Shown here one piece after another: positions 1 through 12,464 of a stretch of 39,172 bases of DNA (positions are counted from its first letter, which is position 1; every line of letters begins with the position of its first letter). Origin of the DNA: Phoronis australis. Taxonomy: Eukaryota > Animalia > Phoronida. The notes under the pieces are model-generated. The model searched no databases. It was not told where the DNA came from and worked only from the letters and a program-made list of their open reading frames with translations. The position numbers and the translations under genes are program-made. The DNA lies in the NCBI GenBank assembly GCA_002633005.1, contig NMRA01001177.1, positions 1 through 39,172 on the forward strand, read 5' to 3'.

Positions 1-39
1 TAATAAGCTCAACATTTCCCTACGCTCTTGCTGTTTTAT

Positions 40-103
40 TTTTTTTGCGGCACCCAAAGGGGGTGGGGCCCGGGCCTCCTGGACCCCCCTAAATCCGCCT
101 ATG
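40..103. mobile_element. Probable terminus of a non-autonomous DNA transposon (hAT-like end)
   Basis: GC-rich GGGCCCGGGCCTCCTGGACCCCCCTAAATCCGCCTATG in an AT-rich context. It resembles the CAGGGGCGGAT-type termini common in animal MITEs. The partner end is outside the window. Confidence 0.35.
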
Positions 104-369
104 TGTAACTAGGAGTTACGCTATCCACCATGTTCAAAAACTCAGTGCTGACTAGAAAATAATCTAATATCATATAGACATTTTGCAAGGTCATTCTTCT
201 AAAACAATGTATAACATGGGTTTTCAGAATTTGCTATTCTCAATGGGTCCACAAGATTAAAATATTTTATACATTCTCAATTTCCCTTTTCAAATTAGGA
301 TTGTTTTGTTAAGTAATTGAAGCAATCTAGATTATAATCTTGAACATTCCAGTCACCACAGGGGACAAC

Positions 370-1005
370 AAGAGCAACATGGGGCATTGAAATGCATCAC
401 AAACAGTGTGCTTCTGGGGGTGTTTATTTGTATCATAAAAATGGCCACTAGATGGTGCTAAATAGGTAAAATCCAAGCAAAACGATAATATGCTATTGTT
501 TTTTTAATAGAAAACTATTTACCGGATTTCATGAAAAATCTGTTGAGGAACTTTAGAGAAACCAAGGAAAGTGGAAAAAATGAAATAGCCTCCAGGGACC
601 ACAACGTTTGTCATATCTGTCTGAAAGTTGTTGTCTGTAGTCAACTTAATATTAATACACTTAGTGCTAAATTTAATAAGTATCCTGCAATGGGTTAAGA
701 GGATACATCAACAAAAATGTCACTAGGAGGCACCACAGTAGTCAAAATTATTATCGCAACCGTCCTCATCACAATGAGAACACATATGCCAATTTTCACA
801 ATCGTCCTTAGAATGGTTTGGTTGATAGAGAACCTTTGAAGATACAGACTAGGTAAACAAAAAAATAAAATTGCCACTAGGGGGCACACTGGTAGTTGGA
901 TCCATCCAAAAGTTTGCTCATGCTGTCCCATTGATGAGTGGAACATACGTGAAAAACTAGGTTTTGAAGGCAGAGCAGTGGACGCCGGACGGACGGATGG
1001 GTACA
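370..1005 (+). repeat. Dispersed repeat with ~140-bp subunits, CTCF-like motifs and a GACG microsatellite (Helentron/HINE-like, non-autonomous)
   Basis: Aligns by eye to 21500-22275 and 23150-23945, e.g. GCCACTAGATGG, GGAACTTYAGAGAAAC, ATGGTTTGGTTGA and AAATTGCCACWAGGGGGCACAC. Ends in GACGCCGGACGGACGG. The family label is inference. Confidence 0.7.
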
Positions 1006-1338
1006 CGGACAAGGATGACTGCATGATGTATCCACATCTAAAATCATGTGCACATAACAAAATCCAAATCCACTTGTCCATTTTATCTTTAATGTTTTGA
1101 AAAAAATCAGAATTATCAGCATTCGGCCTATATGAATTCACAAGAAGTATTTCAAACTTTTAACTGCCAAAAAATTGCCAACCGAGTCCTTATGAATACA
1201 TTCAACTTCATACTCAAAATTCTTGTTAAATAAAATGAACACATCCTAGACGGAGTTTCCTGCTCCATGATGGAAATAACAATCTTACCCTCACTGAGTT
1301 TTCACTATGTTTCAATATCATTTTTAAAATGCTCAATA

Positions 1339-1649
1339 TAGTTAAGAACCCAAACCTCTGCAATTCATGGAGACAACAAAAATCATGGTGTTGTTTTAGG
1401 GACTGAAATTACCTGGAAGTATGATATGCCAAAAGTGCCTGAGGCAAGAGAGACTACTAACCAGGTAAGAAAAAATAGACCGACAGCCTTAAANTAGTTA
1501 AGAACCCAAACCTCTGCAATTCATGGAGACAACAAAAATCATGGTGTTGTTTTAGGGACTGAAATTACCTACAAGTATGATATGCCAAAAGTGCCTGAGG
1601 CAAGAGAGACTACTAACCAGGTAAGAAAAAATAGACTGACAGCCTTAAA
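1339..1649. other. 155-bp tandem duplication across N1494 (probable assembly/haplotype overlap)
   Basis: 1339-1493 is nearly identical to 1495-1649. Differences seen: CCTGGAAG/CCTACAAG and GACCGAC/GACTGAC. The junction is exactly the N. Confidence 0.85.
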
Positions 1650-2919
1650 AAGACATTGAGAGAGTTCTTGGTTAACTGTACTTAGTGCATGTAGCTAACA
1701 AACATAGGAATAGTGTCCAAATTGCTGAGAGCATAAACTTCTCCCTCTATGACCAGTTTGTCTCTACTGATAGCAAGAGTTGGCAAACCAACTGTTTACC
1801 TTTCTCATTATCTGTATTCATCTAATAACCTCACATAGTCTGGCAATTATTGTAAACAGGGCATCTGTCACTAACTGATATTTAAAAATACTACTTCCAA
1901 AAAAAGTTCAACAAATGTCATGAAGAAGATTTTGTGTAATAAATACTATCACCAAAAACCTTCAAATGGAGAAAAATGTTCGAATTTCAGAGAAAGAAAG
2001 CTCAATTTTCACCTGCAGATTGGCGAACCACTATCCCCATACCCTACCACAGCATTGTGTGGCGACACAATAGTTTGTCTAGTTGATTTTAGATCAGATA
2101 ATAATGTTGGAAATTTCTTGGTTCTAACAGTCCAGGGTAATGGTACATAACAAGGACACGGTTCTCTTTATATTCTTCGAAATGTGAGCGTTGGTAAAAT
2201 GACGACATGCAGTAAAAATATGAGCAAATATATTTTCCAGTACGTCCATTGGGAAAACTAATTGCGTAAAGACATAAAAAACTATAGTCAAGCGCGCCTC
2301 GTAAATATTAGACTATTTACAATAAAGTTGAAGGGACACAAGTTCGGCAAAAGAAAATAAAGCCAACATTAGAGAATGGGCATTATCATAAACTTCAAAA
2401 TCTGATCAGTCTCTCAATAATTCAAGCTAGATTTCTCAAACGAGAGCTTCTAAGATCCTTAAATGTGACAAGTCACTATCAAAATACAAAATAGAAGTTC
2501 TTTCTACTATTTGAGTACAAGTTTGTAAACGGTGAGCTTGACCAAAATAGTCCGTGATGGGGTTGCAAATGAAAACTTAACCTCCATGGCATGGATCAAG
2601 TACTAGTGAGACCGGCACATCCTGATTTGCCATGAGTGGGATGTATACAAGCATCTGCAGATATCCAAAACTATAAATCACAATAGTCCTCGCCAGGGGT
2701 CGCTGTACCTTGGTATTGATCTACATCACTAGGTTTAAAGTTCTTCTAAACATGATCCATATAATGAATTTAAGTTTACAATTTAGAGGTTTTACATTTT
2801 TCATTAAATAAATGATTTTACTGTGAACATGTTCATCTTTACATATTGTGTCTTGAATTGAGATTTTACTGTGTTCTCAATGGAAAATAAAAATCAAATC
2901 AGAGACGGACAATGCTCAC

Positions 2920-3085
2920 CGGCTTTTGGTCATCAGACGGTGGTGGGCAGGGTTCTGGCTCAGTAGGGTGACAGTCGTTCATCAATCTCACAGGCTGACG
3001 GTCGATAAGTGTCGGTGCAGGGTCGGAAGGTGGGGGAGGTGCATCTGTCGTGGTCGGTCGAAGAGGGCAGCATCCAGAAAAGAAG
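2920..3085 (-). other. Candidate Pro-rich coding exon of unknown gene
   Basis: Acceptor tttattttccatag, donor gtgagc, locally high GC, and an open frame FFSGCCPLRPTTTDAPPPPSDPAPTLIDRQPVRLMNDCHPTEPEPCPPPSDDQKP. No homology recognised. Confidence 0.35.
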
Positions 3086-3149
3086 CTATGGAAAATAAAT
3101 AAAGTCCATCCATTAACTACAAATTCCCAGTGGGGTACCTTTAGCAATT

Positions 3150-3815
3150 TTGCTCATGACAGCGTTTTTTCGTTCAGTGACTTGACCAGATGTAGAGGGT
3201 TGTGAGCATGTGATAACATCTAGCTTCTTTCAGTTAACTCCCAAGCACAGTCTTTTGTCTGGTATGACAACAGGCAGGCCAATTATCTACCAGGATTATT
3301 ACAGACCAAGTGTGAACACGTAGTGAAACCCAAAGCAAGTTAGTATATGTTCGGAAAGAATAGATTACCTCCATTCTGACATTTATGGTTGGAGGGCTAG
3401 CTCTCTTTTGTTCAATATTGCTCTACTCTCCAATAATTAGATTGTATCTACCCTAACTGGGTTGTGCTGTTAAAAATAAAAGTTAAGTTATAACACATTT
3501 GAGTATAAACCAATAGCATTTCTGAAATCTTCGTCAAATGGTGATTCTGTTTAGTTTTATAATCGCCAAAATCGCCCAAATGCGTGCAACCAACGTTATG
3601 ACAATCTATTAATTCTTTCCAAATACACCAATTCACTCTGAATTTGACTGCATGTGTTCACAGGTGGTCTGTAATAAGCCTGCTAGATAATTGGCCTTCT
3701 TGTTGTCATAATAGACAAAAGAGTGTGCTTGGCAGTTAACAAAGAAGCTAGATGTTATCACACGCTCAGAGCCCCTACGTCTGGTAAAGTCAGAATGGGA
3801 AAATGCTGTCAAGTT
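3150..3815. mobile_element. Foldback/MITE-like element with long diverged inverted repeats
   Basis: ~3150-3393 is the reverse complement of ~3585-3815, e.g. GTGATAACATCTAGCTTCTTT vs AAAGAAGCTAGATGTTATCAC, and GGCCAATTATCTA vs TAGATAATTGGCC. The spacer is ~190 bp. Confidence 0.75.
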
Positions 3816-4083
3816 ACAGTACAAATGCATTTCCCAACAGGCACAACTATAAAATGCTTCTTTAAAGTTATCAGTTTTATTACAGCCATTTACTTGCACA
3901 CCACTTGGACCCATTATGACACTGTTTTGTTTGGAGATGTAGCACATTAACTAAAATACTATGAATTAAAATCATTTAATTTACCATGCAAATGACTTAA
4001 TCATTTCCAAGACCTATACTACAAACATGAACTTGATGAAAACGTTGATGTCTCTCTCACTGAAGACCGTGCGTTCACAAATG

Positions 4084-4200
4084 CCAAATAACATTACCAA
4101 ATAACCATACCAAATAACATTACCAAATAACCATACCAAATAACACCATACCAAATAACAGTGACCAGATAACCATATCAAATACAACTACCAAATTACT
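4084..4200 (+). repeat. 13-bp minisatellite (CCAAATAAC-ATTA/CATA), about 9 degenerating copies
   Basis: Directly visible tandem units ccaaataacatta / ccaaataaccata. Confidence 0.9.
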
Positions 4201-4399
4201 TCTTGTTCGCACCAAATACTGTATTCTCCTCAATCTTGAAATCACTGAGTTTTTATTTTTAAACAATGCAAGTATTTAGTAATTTACCCTAGACTAGTAC
4301 AAACAGTTCAATTCATACAAAATGCGAAAGAAAATGGCGGACTGTGAACGATTTTTAGCCTTGCCAAACATCTTCGCGAACCAACTCTACACTATCAAT

Positions 4400-4700
4400 A
4401 ACGTCAGCAAGGTCGAGTACATAAGTTATCTGGGTACCTGCTGGGCAGTTTATGAGCTAGGCAATTACATGGCTTAAATGGCCAACCGAGGGGCTACGTG
4501 TTGCCTATTTATGAGCTTGGCATCGCAATAGCCGAAAAGGACATTCATAGCTGAAATGCCAACAGGTTCTACGAAAAATGCACCCTGATAATTCACTACA
4601 CACGAACATATCCCTATGAAGCACCGAATTATCTGTACAACCTACCACAACCTATAACATTCTACATTTACAGCTCTTCCATCAGACATGCCGGTTTGTT
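4400..4700 (+). mobile_element. Possible highly decayed LINE (CR1/L2-like) ORF2 C-terminal fragment
   Basis: Translated pieces VSKVEYISYLG, MHPDNSLH and YLYNLPQP occur in the order expected for RT C-terminal motifs (V..FKYLG, HPLH, YNLR). Many stops and frameshifts. Confidence 0.3.
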
Positions 4701-7700
4701 TACGTAAAAGCGCTACCTGTTGATAATTCGACCACCTAATCAGAACCGCCGATGTAAAAATTAAAAAAATGGCTTGCGTATACTTTTTCTTCTAGTGGAC
4801 AAGAAGGGAACCAGCGAGAGTGAGGTCCATGGCCCAGGTCATGATGAGTTCTCAGTTTCGCTAAGAGCCGCGGGTCCGCGGGGAAATCGTTGGGGTGATG
4901 AAAGATTCAGAGAGATTGAAGTAGGCTCAGTGATTACTAAACGTTTTTTCTTTGTGGTCTTTAGTAAGCGAATTACTGTATAGATACCCGTGAAAACAGC
5001 ATGTTTTGTGTAGGGGAGTACTGAAATCAATGCGAAAAAGCGAACATAGGGCAGAGAAAACTATGAAAACAAAAAACGGCACTCGGAGATGGGTTGCTGG
5101 TCATGTTTCAGTGAAGTAAATGATGTCCGCAGTATGATCATGGAGATCTTATCGCCGGACAGCATGCAATTCATACGATTACACCAATCATCGCTGACTA
5201 TACTGTCGTGACATCACAGATATTAGTATGGTGACATGATGTATTTAAACATTTTTGTCAGTTTAAGATTTTGCCCCGCGTGGCCTTTTTTCGACGTACT
5301 GGAAATCATAATAGAAATCTGTTATAGTAGTAATACACTTTATTCACTTAATTTAAGTCAAAAACCAAAAAATACAGTTGATACAGATTTACGCTTATGG
5401 AGACTCCGTGAAGAACCCGAGAGGTCCGCTGACCACGGAGCCGCCAGAGAATAAGAAAGAAAAAATACAGCGTTACAGATAAGTAGAACTTTAAAAATTA
5501 GGTGATGATGTACTTTTAAAACTACTTGTGTAAAGACTGGGAGAGATTATCGAAAATAGTTACATACAAAGCAGTTGGTAATAGTGCACTCAAGTTCATA
5601 ATTTTCAAAACAAACATTCTTAAAATAATTTATAACAGAGGATAACGAATGGGTAAAAATTTTTGGGAGACACTTTCAGGAAGGTTGTTAATGATATGAG
5701 GTAGGGCATTTCGAACTGAATCTTCAACAAATGATTTAGTACAACGGGGAGTACGTAAAAGATGTCGTTGCCTAGTGTAATGTTCATGAACAGACCCACG
5801 AGTTATTAAATTGAACGTGTTAAAAATGAAGGTAAGTAATTATGAACATATTTGTAGAAAAATTTAATAATAGCAACAACATACAAGTCCTTAAAGTGAC
5901 TTTAGCCTACTTCGTTGAACTAATTCTTGTTTTTATCGTTTCCACTACAAAAGTTTGAGCAGGGCGTCATTTTCAAGTTTTGCATTTTTGCCTAATCTTT
6001 CATCATATTTTGGACTTAAGTGCATTAAATTCGTATTTTCTGGCAAGAATGGGGTTCAACAATCGACATGTCTTTTGTCATCAAGGATTATTTAAACCTC
6101 CAGGATGCTGTATCTCTCCAACGATAACAGTTAGTATTCTAGACATGGTTTTCAATAAATTTCCTCAATGGTTTCCAAAAAGCATTGTGTTGGTTCACAA
6201 TTTGCTTGTAATGAAACCCTATGTTGGGCGATCTGGTCTGACATAATTGATGGGTCTGCATGGGCGGCACACCACTGAAAAAAGTGAGGGCTATAAACCT
6301 CCCCCCCCATTCCCCCATGGTGCGCCACCCATGGTCTTCAATATTTTTTTACAAAAACCGATTGAAGCGATTGAAACTACATTTCACATAAATGAAGTAC
6401 GTCCCATGAAGAAATTCACAATAGCTCATTCAACTGTTGAAAATAACACTACGCTTAAACAGAATTAAAGTGCATGAGGATATTTTGAACGTTTTTTGAG
6501 GGCAGTTGGTTAATGCAATTAAGATACTTACTAAAAACAAATTGAAATCATTCGCAGTATCAAAAATGTAATCTACTGCCAATTTTTACTAGGACGTCAA
6601 TTAAATATTTTGAAAGAGAACTATCGTTTCAACTACACAGCGATAACTAACAACGTCGCAAACGTTTAGCTGCCAATGTTGAATTGCGATTCCGAAGCGT
6701 TCGGGGTTCAANGGTCGACTGTAGGGTCTTCGCATCAGGTCTTGAAAAATGTGCGTTCATACATCCTGCTGAGATACGTTCAAAAGGTTTTTTCTAATTA
6801 TCCGGCCACTACTTTTTAAGTTGGAACGTCGTCAAAATAGTTCATCTTTGGTTCAAATATGTTCAGTAAGTGATGTAGTTTTAAAACGGTTCAAATGGAA
6901 GGTAGTGAATTTTTTTTTTATATTTTTGTGAAAACTGGGCCTCTCTATCCGAAGACAGTTTGCCTTTTCAAACGGGTTTCCGTTAACCTTAATTGGAACG
7001 CTAAAATGCGCTAAACTATGCCAGTTTTTGTGTATAGCCATTTCGAGGTGCTTTGGGGACAGTTTGTGGGATGCTAGTGATTTCAGATAATACTTCCTTA
7101 TCAGTTTCTGCGTGACTATGAAGAAAAAAATATAAAAATTTGGTTTTGTGTTTGTTTTCAAGGAAGATACAATGGAAAAAATATACCATCTCGTATTTTA
7201 CAATCCTTGACTACGGACAGTCAACAGAGTGTAACTCGTGAACTCCATCAAGGGGCTACATTAGTTTTTGCAAATATATTTCTGTGGTTATAACAATGGC
7301 TAATGTCACATGAATTTATTTCATGTTTTGATTATTGCTGGCCCCTGTGGTTGCGCTTTCCATATTTTGATTTCTTTGGTGAAATTCCATACATTTGGTC
7401 AAATAGTTTCTATATCAATGGAACAGTGGCACATGCACGTTTTCGAATGATTCTAACCTGTGCTGTCCCACCATACATCTAAGTTGTGCACAAGGTTACA
7501 TCACTCGTGTGGTTCTGCATTGTTAAATGTTTGCGGAACACATGAATTTAAATCTTAACTAATAACTTCGGTGTTGGGTTTTAATTAAATTCATTTACAT
7601 TGAGTGAATAAATATTGTTTAACATTGTTTTCTAACATAAACCACCTTAACTTTAGTTTTTGTGTTTTGTTTAGAAATTAATTTTTAAGGTTTTAAATCT

Positions 7701-10133
7701 TCTCAGTGGCTCCCTGCATGACGGTACTTACATAGATAGCATTTACGGGATGCACAACTCCGATAGGTTTGGTTTTCTAAACATTTTACCCTTATCAGTA
7801 CAAGATTCATAACATGGGTTTGTTTTCCCGCTAATCGATGACCTGCACAGAAACAGTAAATAAAGTGTACGCAATTTGTACTATGAGCTTAATAACACAT
7901 AATCTTTTGGTTTAAATGAGCAGTCTCTCTTGTTCATAAAACCCACAACCGTGCTGTCTGTTTTATGGACAGAAAGAATCTGTACTTGAGCAAATTATGA
8001 TCCACAAAAGAAACGAGGATGAGAAAGGAAGGCTACATTTCGACGTGACTAGTTTTCAAGTATGCTATTCGTTCTATATATCTTTGTTATGTATCTTGTT
8101 CATTTGCTGTAGTGTACTAACGCCAGTATTGTTCGTCATGATTGAGAGAGAATATTATTCTAAAGTTGTTGGTAGAACTCAATTCTCTAATATCCAAGAG
8201 TTTAAACCCCATAAAATACAAATTATTAGAAATGAATAAAAACTGAGATCATGTCAAGACCAGCAAAAACAGTTTTTCCTGTGTGTCATACGTGATTTCG
8301 TCATTATTGCTTTCGGAACACAGTTTCTTGGAAATGAATTTACACATTTCCTGGAAAACGCCACCGGTATAAAGTTGCTTTTTGATGTTTTTTAGTGACT
8401 CTAAGGGTCAGTTTGTCAACATCGAAAATAACCTCGGGTCGTTTCTAACGGTGGAAAAGTAGCTCATGGGGACATTTTTCAATGCTAAGTGACTGTTTTG
8501 AAACGTATGCATCGGCCATTGGCGAGAAAAGTTTAACTTAGCTAATACTCTACCCTTTTCAATTCCTTTATAAGGAGGGTCTCACTCAGGGGCAAAATTA
8601 TTTCTAGTTTCCTCTTTTTTTCATATCTTTTATCATTATTTCGAATTTATTCATGCAAAAACGTTTATTTCAATTAAATTTTACAACACAAAAAGGTATC
8701 TATCACACATGCCTATTTATTTGTGGCCTGGAAAATTTCCCTCTTTTTGTCATTGGTCATTCCAAGCCCTGAATTTCATCTACTCTCATCTCATCTGCTC
8801 TCAGACAAAGCTAATGATTTGATAATTAAAGAACATTTTTTGGCCTATCATCCAGCACTCGGACAATAAGAGTTTATGAAGCGGGGCATTGCTAATAGAA
8901 GTGACACACCTGCCTCTATCCCAAAACGTAAGGTTAAACGGTCTGCCTGAGCACACAAAATGCCCTGTTATTGTCTTTATCTTGTATGGAAAATTACAGG
9001 TATCATAACATCTAAAAGTGCTGAGCTGTCTTTTTTGCGTCATTTATTCCTCAAACGAAAATTCGCGATTGCTTTTACTACCAAAAGCATGCAGAAGCAG
9101 TGTTTTTTGCTCAAACAGGAAATTCTAAGTGCAATAGCGCCCTGGTGGTATTTTCATTTCCTTGTTTTTCTCTTTTCTAGTCAAAAAAGAACACAGAAAG
9201 GAGAGAATGTTGCTGTTGAACAGTTTCGCCGTGTGTCAAAAAACAGGACATTTTGAAGGTGGNTTTAGTGATGCTTCCTTTGTATCAATTGAATGATTAT
9301 TAGCAATCTAGTAATTTATTGATTAAAATTGTATATTAAAAGCAATATTTCCTATGGAAGCTTAAGATGTCAAGAAATTCATGGAGTGGTTCTGAACCAG
9401 GGAAAAGCCTGCAAAGATGTTCCCCAATCAAATATTCATATCATCATAGCGGCGCTGGAGAAACACACTAACAAGCTCGATGAAGGGTATCAAATACTCA
9501 AAGCGGCTGTCAATGAAGTTGAAAACATCATCAGTGATGTATAAGAAGACTGTTGTTCCAATATCAATTTTCCAATGCCAATGCCAGTCGTTGATTGCCT
9601 ACCCTAGAGTACCTTTTGTACACTTTTGAGCCCGTCAATTACCATGGATGTCCCCTACGTGTTCCTACATTCGTTACATTATTACTGCTTATAGATGATT
9701 GCATTGGCTTTTGAAGTACACGATTCTGCTGACATAAAACATCTGGATAAGAACAAAAAAGATGCCACTTTTGAAGCAAGAGGAACTAAAGATCAAATAC
9801 TAAAGCACCGGTCCCAGGTTTATGGATAAAATGTTATACAGCTACTGCTAAGTAGGTTTATTAACGGGTAAGTAAATTTACTATCTTTTGAGCAATTTCA
9901 ACTACCCATGCTTTTGGGTTGACACTCATGGTGCGCTGAATGCGACCCCTAGTTTATGATGTTCTGAGTTGTTCCCCTGCGATGCCCATGCCTTAGGGAA
10001 TATCAGCTCCCAAAATTGAAGTAGTGAATGTAAAATGCAGTTATCTGGGCATTAACTGAAAAAATTGTTCGAGGTAAACACCCGTCGTGGAGTTTCAAAA
10101 GTTTTTATTTTTAAACGCCCATTCTCAGGTTAA

Positions 10134-10716
10134 GGTCATGTAGGACGTTATTGACAAATTTTTGTTTTTTGCCAAATATCTACAAAACTGTAAATTTTAA
10201 TTCAGTAAAAGTACATAATTTTTGAAATTAGAAAGCCTCAACAGTTTGATTTTTTACCCCTTATAGGTATCTATCATAATTTGGGTCTCAATGTCATTCC
10301 TTTTTCTAAAATTTAGCAAAAAAGAAAGTTACGTTCTTAGCAGTGGTATCCATAACAACCAAATTTCAATTGATATAAATGTTCAAGATGAAATCTTAAA
10401 AATTCTGGTCCAGCTTTCTAAATCATCCCTTGGTTTTCGTTTCAGGAAACTTTTGGGTTTTTTTGTAAAATTCATGAAAGTCCTATTTTTTAAATGCTCT
10501 TCTTGCTAAAATGGCACATTTTGAAAAAAATCCTAGCAGTAGTTTGGAGTACAGTGTACAGAACATATGGTAGTATGCAGATATTTCATATAAATCAAAT
10601 TAGCCATCAATATTGATGTAACTAAGTTAGCCAAATTTGGTCATTTTTCAGGGGTACAACATGACCCCCCCCCCCCCCCCCCGATTTTATGTTATCTGAT
10701 TTTAAGACCCAGGTCC
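10134..10716. mobile_element. Possible TTAA-flanked non-autonomous DNA transposon (GG...CC ends)
   Basis: TTAA|GGTCATG at the left and CAGGTCC|TTAA at the right. The TIR match is weak. Contains a poly-C run at ~10665-10682. Confidence 0.3.
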
Positions 10717-11129
10717 TTAAGTCAACAAAGTATTTTAAGTTAATACATTGGCTCTACATTTAACATACAGAAGATTATACTTTTTAATGTATCACTAAAA
10801 ATTTCCAATTATTTTGTTGCACTGTAAACATATATTAACGTAGTTGAGTCATGACAACGATCAAATAAAAAGTCCCATCAACCAGTCTTCAGTCTGTTGA
10901 GAGACAGACTATATTCAATGTTACACGTAGTTTGACTATTTCCAACAAAGTGCATGGTTTTCTTCAAGTGTCTTATAAAACATATTTTAGCACATTCCTC
11001 ATTCAGACACCACCCACTTCTGAAATGAAACGGTTTGAAGCACTTCAAGGACCAAAAATTGCCACTTTCTGAAAATACGATGAGGCGGGAATTCAGAAAA
11101 TCATGTTAGGTTGCCAAAAACAATCAAGA

Positions 11130-11264
11130 CCCTTCCAATGTCAAATAGTTCTACAGGACAAAAAGTTTCTCCGCTTCATCCGGGCAGTAAATCTCCAACC
11201 TTCCAATGTCAAATAGTACTACATGACATAAACTTTCTCTGCTTCATCCAGGCAGCAAATCTCC
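11130..11264. repeat. 68-bp tandem duplication covering the MAEA stop codon region
   Basis: ccttccaatgtcaaatagttctacaggacaaaaagtttctccgcttcatccgggcagtaaatctcc is followed by ccttccaatgtcaaatagtactacatgacataaactttctctgcttcatccaggcagcaaatctcc. Confidence 0.85.
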
Positions 11265-11320
11265 TTAGTCCTTGGACATATAACTTGCCCTTCGTTCATC
11301 CATGCCATTTCTGCAAGTGC
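11219..11320 (-). pseudogene. MAEA: MAEA terminal exon
   Basis: ttgcttccag|ALAEMAWMNEGQVICPRTKEICCLDEAEKVYVM*, compared with the human C-terminus [21 protein letters not shown]. Open, 102 nt. Confidence 0.92.
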
Positions 11321-11845
11321 CTGGAAGCAACAACAAAACACATGGACACTAAATTGAAACTTCAGCAGTTTCCACAATAAGACTCATTGTTCCTGAGAAA
11401 TCTTTAGAGAGCATTGGCAAAAGCAACTAAAGGAGTTACAAAACAGACAACAGGTGGAGCTTCTAATATCCTAAGTAAATACAAACTACTGCATCATAGA
11501 AGAGCAATGATGACACAAATTCATGGTAAGTTTTTAAACGAAAGTCAATTGAATGAATTCTGCTCTGTGCAACAAAATTTTCAATTAGCGATTAACAAGA
11601 GATCAAAAGTCATTAACCTCATAAAGACAACGGAATGGCAAACAATTAGTTGACAACCTACTGTAGTGTTCACTGAACTATTATAACAACACATGAGCAA
11701 GGCTACAATTGTTAAAAAGACAAGATAAATTCTTTCAACGTTAGTCACTTAACAATCTCGTCTAGTATCCTTGACGACATATCCACCCTTCCTTTCAACT
11801 TTACAACTGCTGTCGACGCCAGAATGTAAGGAAACGACAACTTAC

Positions 11846-11980
11846 GTTGTAGCCATAGACAAAACCATAAGGAAGCATCATAGGAGGGTTGTTCTCGTTG
11901 AGAGGATGTCCAAATATATATAGCAGATGAGCCATGATTGGGCATAGTGTGAGTAAGCAGGGGCTTGGCAGATTCATAAA
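11846..11980 (-). pseudogene. MAEA: MAEA penultimate exon remnant (RING-Gid region)
   Basis: [39 protein letters not shown]|gtaagt with several frameshifts. The 5' part is not recognisable, so the 11980 boundary is approximate. Confidence 0.85.
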
Positions 11981-12356
11981 ACGAAGCTTAGCACCCAAAT
12001 ACGCAACATTAGACTCACAAACTCGTCTCATAGATCGCCTCACACACTACATGGACATAGAATAAGGGTACTGCATTTGATGGTGGGTGTGCCACGTTTG
12101 TGAGTAATTAAACTGAGTGTGCCTGGACTGAGTCGTGGTTATAGGGAAAGAACAGTACTCTGTAACTCAGTGCAGCAGCCATATTGTTTCCAACCACTGA
12201 CTATTATGATGTTGTTACTCCTTTGTCTCCCCCATGGGAATCCACCATGTCCCAAAAGTGTATTGGAACCAAGTTCAGATAATTACTACAGAGGGGGTGT
12301 ATGGTGCACTATTTGGCTTTTCCATGAAACTTTGTGAAACACATGTAGTAACATAC

Positions 12357-12464
12357 TTGATAATCAGATACAGTTGTGTCTGAACAGCAAGCCAGCAGTC
12401 CCATCACCTTTGAACTCTCAGCAGATGGCTGTCATCGGCAGTGGAGAAATGCTTGCGTGCGTGT
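12357..12464 (-). pseudogene. MAEA: MAEA exon (CRA region)
   Basis: tttcag|HARKHFSTADDSHLLRVQ-[frameshift]-VMGLLACCSDTTVSDYQ|gtatgt. Confidence 0.88.

Noticed and set aside
695-1141. 148-aa ORF as a real gene
   Set aside because: It lies antisense across the interspersed repeat, has no recognisable domain, and the homologous copies do not keep the frame.
2013-2165. GDSGSP (trypsin-like active-site motif) on the minus strand
   Set aside because: It sits in a ~50-codon frame bounded by stops, and no His/Asp motifs were found nearby. It could be chance.
4868-4882. CCGCGGGTCCGCGG hairpin as a terminator or Helitron end
   Set aside because: It is a short isolated palindrome with no adjacent CTAG/CTRR end or U-tract.
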